DNA of 64,000 nt from Malacoraja senta. Its lineage: Eukaryota. The notes under the pieces were generated by a model that saw only the letters and a program-made list of their open reading frames with translations, searched no databases and was not told where the DNA came from. The stretch covers positions 10,976,001-11,040,000 of the forward strand of contig CM075994.1 in assembly GCA_038087875.1 (NCBI GenBank), given 5' to 3'. Each line of letters begins with the position of its first letter. Positions within the stretch are counted from its first letter, which is position 1. This document shows positions 50,536-62,164 of the stretch, piece after piece. A program made the position numbers and the translations under genes.

Positions 50536-53500
50536 GTACAATCTGGCCAACAATGGACTCGGCGCACACTACGTCTCCGGCAAACCGCTTCGGGAGGATT
50601 GTGCACACGCTCCTGCAGCACGAAGCTATGCTCACTGCCTCCAACTCCGAGATTCGACAGGCTGTGTCAAACCAAGAACAAGCATTGGTTGCACTAGCCA
50701 CCCAGGTCCAACAGCTGACGACCACCCTCGCCCAGGCTACACCCCATGCTTCGCCTCCGGCTCCGACAGCACCAGCTCCCGGTCCACCAGGAACATCACC
50801 TGAGCCCCGGGTGGGAACCCCGGAGCGCTACGCTGGAGACCCGGAGGGCTGCAACCCATTCATCACGAACTGTTCCATTCTCTTCGCCCTACAGCCCTAC
50901 ATCTTCGCCCAGGAAGCGGCGAGAGTGGCGTTTACCATTAATCACCTGACTGGCAGAGCTCGGCTGTGGGGAACGGCTGAATGGGAGCGACGCAGGCCGG
51001 CTTGCTCCTCTTTCCAGGCCTTCGCCGCGGAGCTTCGCAAGGTGTTCGGTGAGGTTTCGATGGGTCCGGACGCTGCGGGAGATCTGCTGGGGTTGAGCCA
51101 GGGGAACCAGAGCGTCGCTGACTTCGCCATCGACTTTCGCACCAGGGCCCGTGTGAGTGATTGGAACGCCCCGGCCCAGTGTGACGCTTTCTTGCTGGGC
51201 TTGAATGACTATATCATGGATGAGTTGGTGTCCCACGACCTTCCTTCTTCTCTGGATGGGCTTATCGAGCTAACGACCCGTCTGGACCGACGTCGGGAGA
51301 GGCGATAGGGACAGGCGGATCGCCAGCTATCCACCCAAGCTCGTTTTCCTCCGGAGACTGGACTGCCCTCGTCGGGGCAACCGTCGAGGGAACCGAACCC
51401 ATGCAGGTGGGTCGCACCAGTCTCACCCCCGAGGAACGGGAACGTCGGCGTCGGGGGAACCTCTGTCTCTACTGTGGCCCGGCGGGTCATTACATCTCCA
51501 AGTGTCCAGTAAAAGGCCAGACTCGCCAGTAGCGGAGGAATTACTGGTGAGTCGAACCTCTGAACTTTCCTCTGTCCGACGCCCTCTTTGTCATGCCCGT
51601 CTGCTGTTCTCTGATGGTTCTCACACCCTCGCCACCTTCATAGACTCTGGTTGTGACATTAATCTTATGGACAAGGAACTAGCCCGCCAGCTAGGCATCA
51701 GTTGTGTTCCCCTGCCTGAACCTGTTCCCGCCAACGCCATCGACGGCCATCTCCTGGGGACTGTTTCTCACCGGACGGTCCCAGTGCGCTTGCTCCTGTC
51801 TGGTAATCACCATGAAACCATCCAGTTCCACATCCCGCAGTCTCCCCGTCTTCCCCTCATCCTGGGTTACCCCTGGCTTCGGCGACACAACCCCAACATC
51901 GACTGGAGGACGGGGGTCATCTTGGGTTGGAGCCCTTCTTGCCACCAAGTGTGTCTGAAGCAAGCCTCAGCTCCTCAACCGGCCACCTGCTCCAGTTCTG
52001 CTCGAGATCTGACGGGGGTCCCAGCCGAGTACCATGACTTTGGGGAGGTTTTACGCAAGTCTAGGGCCACCTCCCTTCCTCCTCATCGGCCCTATGACTG
52101 CGCCATAGACCTCCTGCCTGGTTCCGCTCCTCCTAGGGGTCGCCTTTACTCCCTGTCCGCCCCTAAGAGTGGCGCCATGGAGAAATACATAAACTACCCC
52201 TTGGATGCTGGTCTCATCCGTCCCTCCTCGTCTCCTGCTGGGGCTGGGTTCTTCTTCGTGGAGAAGGACAAATCTCTGCGTCCCTGCATAGATTACCGGG
52301 GGCACAACGGCATCACGGTGAAGAATCGCTACCCTCTCCCACTCATCTCCTCTGCTTTCGAGCTCCTGGAGGGGGCCACCATCTTTTCGAAGCTGGATCT
52401 ACGCAACGCCTACCACTTGGTTCGCATCAAAGGGGGAGATGAGTGGAAGACCGCCTTCAACACTCCCACGGGACATTATGAATACCGGGTGATGCCCTTT
52501 GGCCTCACCAACGCCCCGGCCGTCTTCCAGGCTTTGGTCAATGACGTTCTCAGAGACATGTTGAACAAGTACGTATTCGTCTATCTTGATGACATTCTCA
52601 TCTTTTCCCGGACCAAGGAGGAACACGTACACCACGTCCAGGCTGTTCTACATCGGCTCCTGGCGAACTCGCTCTTCGTTAAAGCTGAGAAGTGCGAGTT
52701 TCACTCCCCGTCAGTCTCCTTCCTAGGATACATCGTTGGCCAAGTGAACATCAAGATGGACCCCGCCAAGGTCTCTGCTGTCACCACCTGGCCCGTTCCT
52801 GACTCCCGCAAGCAGCTCCAAAGATTCCTGGGGTTCGCCAATTTTTACCGACGGTTCATCCGTGGCGACAGTACTGTGGCCGCACCCCTCACGGCAATCA
52901 CCTCCTCCAAGGTTCCGTTCCGGTGGTCTGCCGCGGCCGACGAAGCTTTTCAGACACTCAAGACACGGTTTACATCGGCCCCCATCCTCCAAGTTCCGGA
53001 CTCAGGGAGACAGTTCGTGGTGGAGGTGGACGCCTCCGACGTGGGGGTGGGAGCTGTTCTGTCCCAGCGCGCTGCCGGGGACCAGAAGCTCCATCCATGC
53101 GCCTTCTTCTCCCGACGCCTGACCCCTGCTGAGAGGAATTATGACATTGGCAACCGAGAACTGTTGGCGGTTAAGTTGGCGTTGGAGGAATGGCGTCACT
53201 GGCTGGAGGGAACCGAGCAGCCTTTCTTGGTTTGGACTGACCACAAGAACCTTGAATACCTCCAGTCAGCCAAGAGGCTCAACTCTCGTCAGGCCCGCTG
53301 GTCTCTCTTCCTCACCCGCTTCAACTTCTCCCTCTCCTACCGAACTGGGTCCCGCAACGTGAAGCCCGATGCCCTCTCTCGACAGTTCTGGACGTAGGAG
53401 GAATCTGCCTCTGGCCACAACACCATCCTCCCGTCCTCGCACAGGGTTGCGTCCCTCATCTGGGAGGTGGAGGAGAGGGTCAAAGCGGCCTTGGAGAACC

Positions 53501-55071
53501 AGCCGGGACCCAGCGCATGCCCTCCTGATCGCCTGTTTGTGGTTTCTGCCCTGCGGCCGACGTCCTTCAGTGGGCCCACAGCTCTCGACTCGCCTGTCCT
53601 CCCGGCATTCAGCGGACCAAGGAGATGGTGCTACGGAGGTTCTGGTGGGCATCGCTGGAGGAGGACACTCGGGAGTTTGTCAACGCCTGTTCCGTTTGCA
53701 ACCAGCACAAGGTCTCACACCAAGCTCCTGCGGGTCATCTGCTTCCACTGCCTGTACCCCATCGACCATGGTCCCACATTTCCCTGGACTTCGTTACCGG
53801 CCTGCCCCCATCCAGGGGTCACACCACCATACTGACCGTGGTCGATAGATTTAGCAAGATGGCTCACTTCGTGCCCCTGCCCAAGCTTCCGTCAGCCAAG
53901 GAAACTGCCGAGCTCATGTTACTCCGTCTCCAGGCTCCATGGTCTCCCCGTCGATGTGGTCTCCGACCGAGGACCCCAGTTTGCCTCTGTGTTTTAGAGG
54001 GAGTTCTGCACGCTTGTGGGGGCCACCGTGAGTCTGACGTCCGGATTTCATCCCCAGTCCAACGGCCAAACTGAAAGGAAGAATCAGGTGATGGAGACGG
54101 CGCTGCGGTGTATGGTGTCCAAGCATCCCTCCTCCTGGTCCCAGCAGTTGTTGTGGGTGGAGTACGCCCACAACACCCTAACAAGCTCGGCCACTGGGCT
54201 CTCCCCTTTCCAGTGTGCCTACGGGTTCCAGCCTCCACTGTTCCCGGCGCTGGAGAAAGAGGTTTCCTGCCCGTCCGTCCAGGCCTTCATTCGTCGCTGC
54301 CGCAGGACGTGGACCCAAGCCAGGGCGGCTCTTCTCCGCTCCGTGGCCCGTTACGCCACGACTGCCAACCGTCACTGCACCCAGGCCCCCACCTACCTCG
54401 CGGGCCGGAGGGTGTGGCTGTCGACCCGGGACCTTCCCTTGAAGTCCAAGAAGTTGGCACCCAAGTTCATCGGTCCCTTTGAGATCCAGAAGGTCATCAA
54501 CCCAGTGGCTGTGAGGCTCAAGTTGCCTCGTTCCATGCGGGTCCATCCTACGTTCCACGTGTCCGGAGTAAAGCCAGTCCGGGAGAGCTCCCTGGTCCCC
54601 GCAGTCCCTCCTCCTCCACCTCCTCGTCTCATCGACGGAGGCCCCGCCTTTACGGTGCACCGCCCCCTGCGCTCCCGCCGTCGCGGAAGGGGTCTCCAAT
54701 ACCTGGTCGATTGGGAGGGTTACGGTCCAGATGAGAGGTCCTGGGTTCCTGCTCGACACATCCTGGACGCCTCCCTCATCAGGGAGTTTCACCGGCGTCA
54801 TCCCGACCAGCCGTGCAAGTCCGCCACTCCTAGAGGGGTCGCCGCCCCTGAGACTCTGTCCCCTCTTCCGTCTGAGGCGCCCAGTGACGACGAGACGGAG
54901 CTTTCCTCTGATGCTATGGAGGAGGATGCGGACATGGATGTCTCGGACGAATATTAGCCCTCCTCCGGTCCCCCTCCTCCCACCCAACTCTGCGTGGGAT
55001 TGGGTTTATTTTCTTTATTGTTTTTTCCCCCCCTTTTGTTTTGAGCCGTTCCTTGAGGGGGGGGGGGGTTC

Positions 55072-55424
55072 TGTCACACTCTTCCCTCTCCTCATTCTCA
55101 GCCACTCCCCTCTCATCAGCCCAACTCTCATCACTTGTGGCACTCAGTTGCCTCTGATCACCAATTAACCCGGTATATAGACTCTCCTCACCGTTCACAC
55201 AGTGCCAGATTGTTCTCAGCATTCATGCAAGACTCTCCAGTGATTTCCCGACTGCCTACACGGATTCGAACCTACCTGCCCCTCTCCGGAACCCTCGCTC
55301 AATCCTGAGCCTCTGTGTGAGTACGATGTACCCATTCCTGTGTTGCAGTATCGTAATAAAGTTCAGTACCAACTATACCTGCCTGATTCTGTGCTGCTAT
55401 CGGGTCCAAGCTATACCCGTTACA
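55072..55424 (+). repeat. 3' LTR (353 bp)
   Basis: Follows the poly-G PPT; aligns to the 5' LTR apart from a ~58-bp indel and scattered substitutions. Confidence 0.93.
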
Positions 55425-56176
55425 ACTATATTACTCAAAAACTAAAATGTCTCCCCCATCTGTGATAAATATCTATCCCAAGAAGTAACTATAGCACATT
55501 CCTTTGGTTTTTGTATAAATCCAAAAATGAAATCTTTGAAATGTTTACAAAATTATTAAAATAAAACTGAACCGAACGCAGAATTGATTTTTTTGGAACA
55601 ATGGAAGCCAGCTTTGAGCTGACTTCGTTCCAAAAGAGCTTCCTTAATTACGGCTTAATAATGGCAAAAAGACATACTTAAATTCTGGAAAAAAGCTCCC
55701 ACATCAACGATAAAAATGTGGATTTCAAATATGTCCGAAATGTTACACCTGGAAGACATGAGATTCCTCCTAGCAGGCAAATCAGACCATTTCCAAAAGA
55801 TTTGGTCTCCATTTATCGAATTATTACAAGCATAGGGTGCAACATAACTTTGAAAATAAATGGTTTCAGGACCTGGTGAGGGGTGTGTAAAGATACGAAG
55901 TAGGTACATTCCTTTTATCTTATTTTACTTTCTTATATCTTCTTTTTTCTATTTTTCTCTTTCTTTTTCTTTGGTTTTCTTTTTAACTCTTTCTCGTGTT
56001 TTACGTTTCTAGGGGTTTCTCCTGATCACTCTTTCACGTACTTACTATCTTATCTAACTCTCTATTTTTCTTATTTTTAAAGTTTAAAACAAGAAGTGGT
56101 ACAGGATTATGTTATTTTTGGCTTATATCACTGTCATGTACATTACTTCTAATAAATAAAATATTTTTAAAAAAAG
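55425..56176 (+). mobile_element. L1-clade 3' fragment related to the element at 28324-31250
   Basis: Similar to the reverse complement of about 28700-29170 (LYYSKTK...MSEMLHLEDMRFLLAGK); T-rich 3' UTR, AATAAA and A-tail. Confidence 0.85.
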
Positions 56177-56707
56177 ATAATCAAATAAATTTCTCCTGGT
56201 ATTTGTTATTGTATTATACCAAAGTGAGAACATACCAGGATAGTTTAAGCATAAAAATAAACTGGTAATAAATATAAACGATAGTATAATATTTTCTGAA
56301 ACCCGCAGCTTTAACGTCTGAAATTAATCTGCAGCTATATCACAACGTGACCTGTGATAAAAATTCTTAATGCGTACCGACCACTGTCCTTATCAATCTA
56401 ATCATTCTCACAGTTGAATCACGCCAGCACAGTTATTGTTGCTCCAGAGGAAATTTTAAAGATAACCAAAAATCCCTAAAAGCGTTGGTTACTGTAATAG
56501 CCCCCATTTCGTGCATTTCGTGTATGCACCATTTCGTGCATAAATTATGGATAATAGGCACGAGTTAGAAACCGTATCCTGATTATTATTCACTCCATAG
56601 ATTGAATTAAAAAACTGTGGATAAATGAGCAATGGAAATAATGCAACATGTGGAAGAAAGACAATTTACAAGATACGTTTTAATGCAATTCCCTTTATTC
56701 TTTGCAG

Positions 56708-57597
56708 CTAATATATTGACAATCTCCATCCTGTCCACCGGAAAGTGTGGGCTCTCCATATGCATCACCCGATATCTAGTATGGATGGCGGCAGCTAACC
56801 TATCGCATCTGATATTTGGTCCAATACTTTTTGAGATTAATGATGCGTTTTTCCACGTCCAGTCCTAGATTACACTCCAATCTGCCGTCTCAATATGACC
56901 TTGATTTATATTGTTATTGATTGTTCCGTTTGGTTGACTGTGTCGTTTACCTTTGATCGATTTGTTTCTATTTGTTGTCAGTCGTTAAAAACTGAGTACT
57001 GCACTGAAAAAAATTCAACAACGGTTAAAACGGTCGTTTGTTTATTATGCATTGTTGAAAATATGCCGGTTTTCTTCTTACTTGAACCACGTGAAGTAAT
57101 TGACAATGTGCCCTGATACTGCACTGCAAAATCAAGCTTCTATAATTTACCTATCTGGGCTGCATTCTTATAGTTAGAGACCATCTTAACACCATTTCTA
57201 CCATTTGTGTTGATCTTCCTGTTCAACGCCTTAATAATGTCATATTATACGGGCGAACAGAATCAGAAACAAACTACGGGGAAACGAAATTGAGAAGTGC
57301 CGGATGGATCAAAAAATTGAGAATCGATCATTTTACTACTCGCGATACCTGGCAGTTTCATTCTATTGTGGACGGTAAATTTGCTTGCTTTGATGCTCTA
57401 CATTTGACCGATAATCAACTGATGAAATCTGATTACAGAGATCATTCGCCGTTGCAGAAGAAACTGGATTCCAGTTAAGAGTTTTAAGCACTTGTCCAAA
57501 CACGTTCATTTATGCTGCGTCTCAACGAAACTGCAGAGATGAAATGAAGAATATGATTAAACGGCCTCTTGTTTTACTTTCTAAATTATTGAAGTAA
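56708..57597 (+). pseudogene. Decayed GPR139/142-like GPCR exon 2
   Basis: Acceptor ttctttgcag; NILTISILSTGKCGLSICITRYLV, DCSVWLTVSFTFDRFVSICC, LPFVLIFLFNAL; frameshifts and stops (for example TGA 57114-57116, TAG 57171-57173). Confidence 0.9.
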
Positions 57598-58989
57598 AAG
57601 ACACAGCTTGATAAACTCAGGGGACATATGCACATTCAACTGGAATTTTAATTTACGATGCACAGACCTAAATTTGTAATGGGTAATATATTCGCGTGTT
57701 TCCTGTTTACATCCATGCCATATATATTCGTATCCCGAAAAAGCATATCCAAATCACAGGCACTATTTCGCAATTTGTTTTACTTGAAATAAATATTTCA
57801 GAAAATGTTTGTTTATTTTAACACAAAGTATTTTTCACACCAACTTAAGATGTGTTAGTCCGTTTGTGTGCGCGTGGGAGAGCGGGGGTTTGGGAAGTGG
57901 ACGTGTTCGTCCAATGTTCAGTGGGATCACTGGTTCTTGAGTGAAAAGGGAAACCACTGAGAATACTCGCATGTCATGCAATATCCGAAGAGAGTGCATC
58001 AGAGAAAGCGTTTCAGGTCAATGAAATCTCATTGGAACGTCTGCATATTTGCAGTTCCATAGTGGACTGAATGACCTAATCTACTAAGTGGAGAGAGCTT
58101 ATGGTAAAATGAGGAGCAGGGGAGACTCACGGACGGACGTGATGGTAACGGATGTCGAGGGTGCTTTACACTTGCGCGTCACGGCTCATCTGATTGGAGA
58201 TAGAAGCAGGTGGAGATGAATATGGAAAAGGGTACGAGCAAAGGTAATTAATGGTGTATGGCGAGATGTCACCATAATATGCCCGCAGTACGTTCAAATT
58301 GAAAGGGAACTCCTGACATCTTTGGAAAGCCTGGCAAAACCTGTCGATACTGTAAATGTATAGATAATGAAATGGGAGATGGATATTTACATAGCCTGGC
58401 TCGTTCCAATATGACTATGCGACATTCAGTAGTTTGCACAGAGTGGGTGAGCTGAGTAATGGGCGGGAGAGAGTTGCTACCTCACCGATCTCTTGACCCA
58501 AGTTTGACATTCACCTCGGATGATATCTGTCTGCAATTTGCACATCCTCAATGTGACTGCAGTTTCCACTGGATGTTCCGACTTCTTCCCACATCACAAA
58601 GACTTTCAAGTTGGCAGGTTAATTGGCATCTGTAAGTTGCCTCTTGTTTGTAGCACCTGAATGGACAAAGTGGAACAACACAGACCAAGTTTGCCAGGGT
58701 GATCGATAGTTGGGGTGGAAGCGGTGGGAGTCGTCATACGGAGAAAAATATTATGCAGATGATCGTCATCAGATCAAATGTGACAGAGCGTAATTAATTG
58801 GGGGAATATATAGAAAGCTGTGAGGTACGTTCAAGATTACTGTGGAAATCGGGGTGCAACAATCCTCTTACCCGAGAGAGACGGGGGATGAAAAAAGCGG
58901 AAGATCAATTGTCGTGTACGTTGAAAATCATCAGGGAAGGTGGTGCTATATCTGGATTCGTTTAATATTGAAGGGTTCAGTGCTCATAC

Positions 58990-59723
58990 CGTTAATTTGT
59001 AAAATATTCAAGCGGAATATGAGATGGTGTTCCAACACTTACGTGTGGCATTACTCTAACAATGAAGGAGGCCAAATACACGAATGCATGTGGGAATGGG
59101 TAATCGAGTTTTAATGTTTAGTAACCGGAATATGGTGTACCACCTCCCCGACCGAGAGCAAGTACTCGGTGAGGTTGTCGCCTCATCAACGCTTGGTCTT
59201 GCCGAAGTAAAGAGTCCACATCGGGCGCACCAAAAACAGCAGATGACGTCAGTGGAGGTGCATGCGAACTTCTCTCTCACGTAGAAGGACTACTTGTGGC
59301 ATTGGACGGATGTAAGGCATGAGGTATAATGACAGGTGTTACATCTCCTGTGCTGCAGGGGATGGTACCTGGGGAGAGGGTGGTTAGGCTGCAACCGGAT
59401 AAGGGAGAGCGGTCTTTATGGAAGCCGAGAGGTAGTGGGGATGGGAAGATGTGTGGGGTAGATATGGAGAATAATGGTAGGTACACAAAAATGCTGGAGA
59501 AACTCAGCGGGTGCAGCAGCATCTATGGAGCGAAGGAAATAGGTAACGTTTCGGGCCGAAACCCTTCTTCAGTCAGAATACAGAATAATGTGTTGGATAA
59601 GGAGGCAGGTGGCTGAAATTTAAGGACCTGGGGAACCATTTTGTAGTTCCGTGCGGAGGCAAGGGGAAAGAGAGCAGAACTGCAAGACGCAGAGGAGATG
59701 TGTGTGAGGATGCACCCATCATA
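58990..59723 (-). mobile_element. Penelope-like element remnant (GIY-YIG region) with nested insertions; resumes near 60770
   Basis: FACTSTDVICCFWCARCGL motif and EHHLIFRL-like C-terminus; nested hammerhead-bearing repeat at about 59480-59572. Confidence 0.75.
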
Positions 59724-60769
59724 TAGGTATGTTACAATACTTACCTTCATCGGCGCTGCAATTCTGCCACTGGCCGTGTGCGAGATTTTGGCGCCTTTAA
59801 GGGGGGGCGGGGTTAAAACGCGGGTTTCTCCTACCTTGTGCTGTATTATATTTCGTTGGAGTACAAGCGTTTGCTGAAAAATCGTTCTTAGGGGCGTTTT
59901 GTGTATTTTTTATTTTTATTAAATCGACAATGTCAGCGCTGGAGTTATTTTAAAATCAGCTTCGAAAGCCTTTGAACGCCGACAACGGGGACGGATTTCA
60001 CACACGGGACAGGTAAACGAAAGTGGTTTATTTTAATGTATAAAAGTGCTTCTTAAGAAGCCTTTAATTCATATTTTTAAATGCGAAACGGTGATTCTTT
60101 TCCCCGAACTAACGGCAGAATTTTTCATGCCGATACGGGGTTAAATTCACCGCAAATCAACGTTCCAAATGATCGCGTTCCAGAAATCCTCACTCGCAAA
60201 ATGATTTAAATGCCCATTAATTTACAGGTATTAAACATTCAATTCCTTTCATTTGGCCTGTAAATCCATGACAATGAGATTTAAAAATTATGTTATATTG
60301 TGAATTCTTGTGTGACTGTTATTTGGCACTTAGGCTATTTAAAAATGTTAATCTATTCTTAAGCAATTGATAGATGTTTAGATCTAGTAATTGAATTTTG
60401 TAATTAACTACAATGAGGTAACTAACTAATTATATACTTTAATTTCATGTCTTCTAAGTAAGAATGTTTCATATTTGTTTCAGAATGGTTCAATCTATAA
60501 TAACTGAACATTTCTTTCAGTTCTCTTAATTTTTAAGAAAGTTATGGGCTTTTGACTGTCCTCGATCACAGTTTTTGTGTTAAGTCAATGGAAAACCAAT
60601 TGACTTAACACAAGATGCTAATTTCCGAGTATGAAAATGGCCATAACATTTTTAATACTGAAGATATGAAAGTGAATTAGGTGTCAAATTAAATTTCTTT
60701 TTATGCTTTATCTGATGGGATAAATTGCAGACTTTATTTTTTAAATCTCAAAATTTTGTAACATTGCTA
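59724..60769. mobile_element. Non-autonomous DNA transposon copy 2, inverted relative to copy 1
   Basis: Ends TAGGTATGTTACAA / TTTTGTAACATTGCTA; flanks CATCATA / CATCATT; reverse-complement homology to 8183-9224 along its length. Confidence 0.87.
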
Positions 60770-61111
60770 CATCATTGCAGCGGGGAAACTACGTTTACTC
60801 AAGAAAGAGGACGTCCATCATAAGCACAACTTTTCCTTTCTTCTTGCAGCAAACATCATATTACAGATTTCAGAACGTATGGTAACATTTTTTTACAATG
60901 ATCCTTCCCTTGGAAATATATTCAATTTTGAACAATCATTTCGATGTTTAATACCTTTATACGAAATAACAGTTATCGTCTGCAAGAAACGCATGTGGCA
61001 TTTCTCTTAAAATATCTTCTTGCATTGCCCCAGAGTAATAATCATATTTTTGCATAATAATACATGAAGCGAATGGTGTGTATTGAAATAGAGATTATTT
61101 TTTAAATTTGT

Positions 61112-61424
61112 TCAGTTTAGTTTTAGAGAAACAGCCTTCGGCCCGCCGGGTCCGTGCCAACTAGCGATCCCCGCACATGAACACTATCCTACACCGACAA
61201 GGGACAATTTTGTATAAACATTTTCCAAGCCAATTAACCTACAAACCTGTACGTCTTTGGAGTGTAGGACGAAACCCGAAGAAATCGGAGAAAACCCACG
61301 CAGGTCACGGAGAAAACGTACAAACTCCATACAAACAGCGCCCTTAGTCGGGATCGAACCCGGGTCCCCGGCGCTGCATTAGCTGTAAGGCCGTAACTCT
61401 GTCGCAGACCAACCGTGACCGCCC
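61112..61424 (-). mobile_element. tRNA-derived SINE (HE1-like)
   Basis: Reverse complement has B box GGTTCGATCCC, core and tail. Confidence 0.85.
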
Positions 61425-61794
61425 AAACCTTTCATCCAACCTTTCAATCAAGATTTATTCATGTCGATACTTGTAAACTTATGTGAGATAAAATATCTAC
61501 CGCCATAACCACATGAAACGGACCTTTGCAGTTATTATAATGAAAATATATATCATTGTACATTAGAGCGAACAGAAACTTCTTAATGAATAAGATGTTC
61601 ACGGATAATAAAAAAACAGATGATAGCATATACGACAATGCGTCATTTGAATACACTTTTCTTTCTATTGTTCTGTTTGTTCCCTGTAATATTCCGACAA
61701 CCAGACACCTTCCGGTCAACAGTAGAATCATCAGAGGCAGTAACTTAAAACTCGCAGTGAAAGAAAATATAGCCCGCAACAATAGACACCGGGC

Positions 61795-61820
61795 ACACGC
61801 CATCTTCCGCCCACGTCACC
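61795..61820 (-). promoter_or_regulatory. Candidate CpG-island promoter / start-codon context (TGACGTGG, CGGAAG, AAGATGGCG)
   Basis: Minus strand reads GGGTGACGTGGGCGGAAGATGGCG; adjacent to a CpG-rich tract. Confidence 0.45.
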
Positions 61821-61833
61821 CCTCAAACCCGTC

Positions 61834-62076
61834 ACGGATCCTCGCCTCTCCCCCGCCGCGGACCCTCGCCTCACAACCCCCCCCCCCCCCCCCGCCGCTG
61901 ACCCACGCCTCTCCCCCCCCCCCGCGGACACTCGCCTCTCCCCCTCACGCGGACCCTCGCCTCTCCTTCCGCCCACGCCGCGGAGCCTCTCCTTCACCCC
62001 CCCCGCTGCGGACCCTCGCCTCTCCCCCCCTCCGCCGCGGACCCTCGCCTCTCCCGCCCCCCTCCGCCGCCGCGGG
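61834..62076. repeat. GC-rich minisatellite (unit ~CGCGGACCCTCGCCTCTCCCCCC)
   Basis: About 8 imperfect units directly visible. Confidence 0.9.
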
Positions 62077-62164
62077 CCTTCCAATGTTGCGTGGGAGGGA
62101 GAAAGGAGAAAGCAAATATGCGTCAAGCCGATAGCCTAATCGTTAAAGAGTTAAAAGATAGCCT

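Larger units (their letters stand above)
50125..55424 (+). mobile_element. Ty3/Gypsy chromovirus (sushi/Tf1-like) LTR retrotransposon, disabled
   Basis: LTRs TGT...ACA; gag from ATG 50553 with [14 protein letters not shown]; pol with protease FIDSG, RT YLDD, RNase H DAS/TDH, integrase, chromodomain [18 protein letters not shown] at 55055-55068; several stops and frameshifts. Confidence 0.96.

Noticed and set aside
50451..51308. Domesticated gag gene (PEG10/RTL-like)
   Set aside because: It lies within a complete LTR element and has a premature stop before the zinc knuckle, so it is a decayed retrotransposon.
60831..60950. Acceptor ttcttgcag followed by (A)NIIL, resembling the start of another GPCR exon 2
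   Set aside because: No GKCGL or other family motif follows; insufficient support.
61834..62076. CRISPR-like repeat array
   Set aside because: Eukaryotic context, degenerate units without unique spacers, no cas genes.
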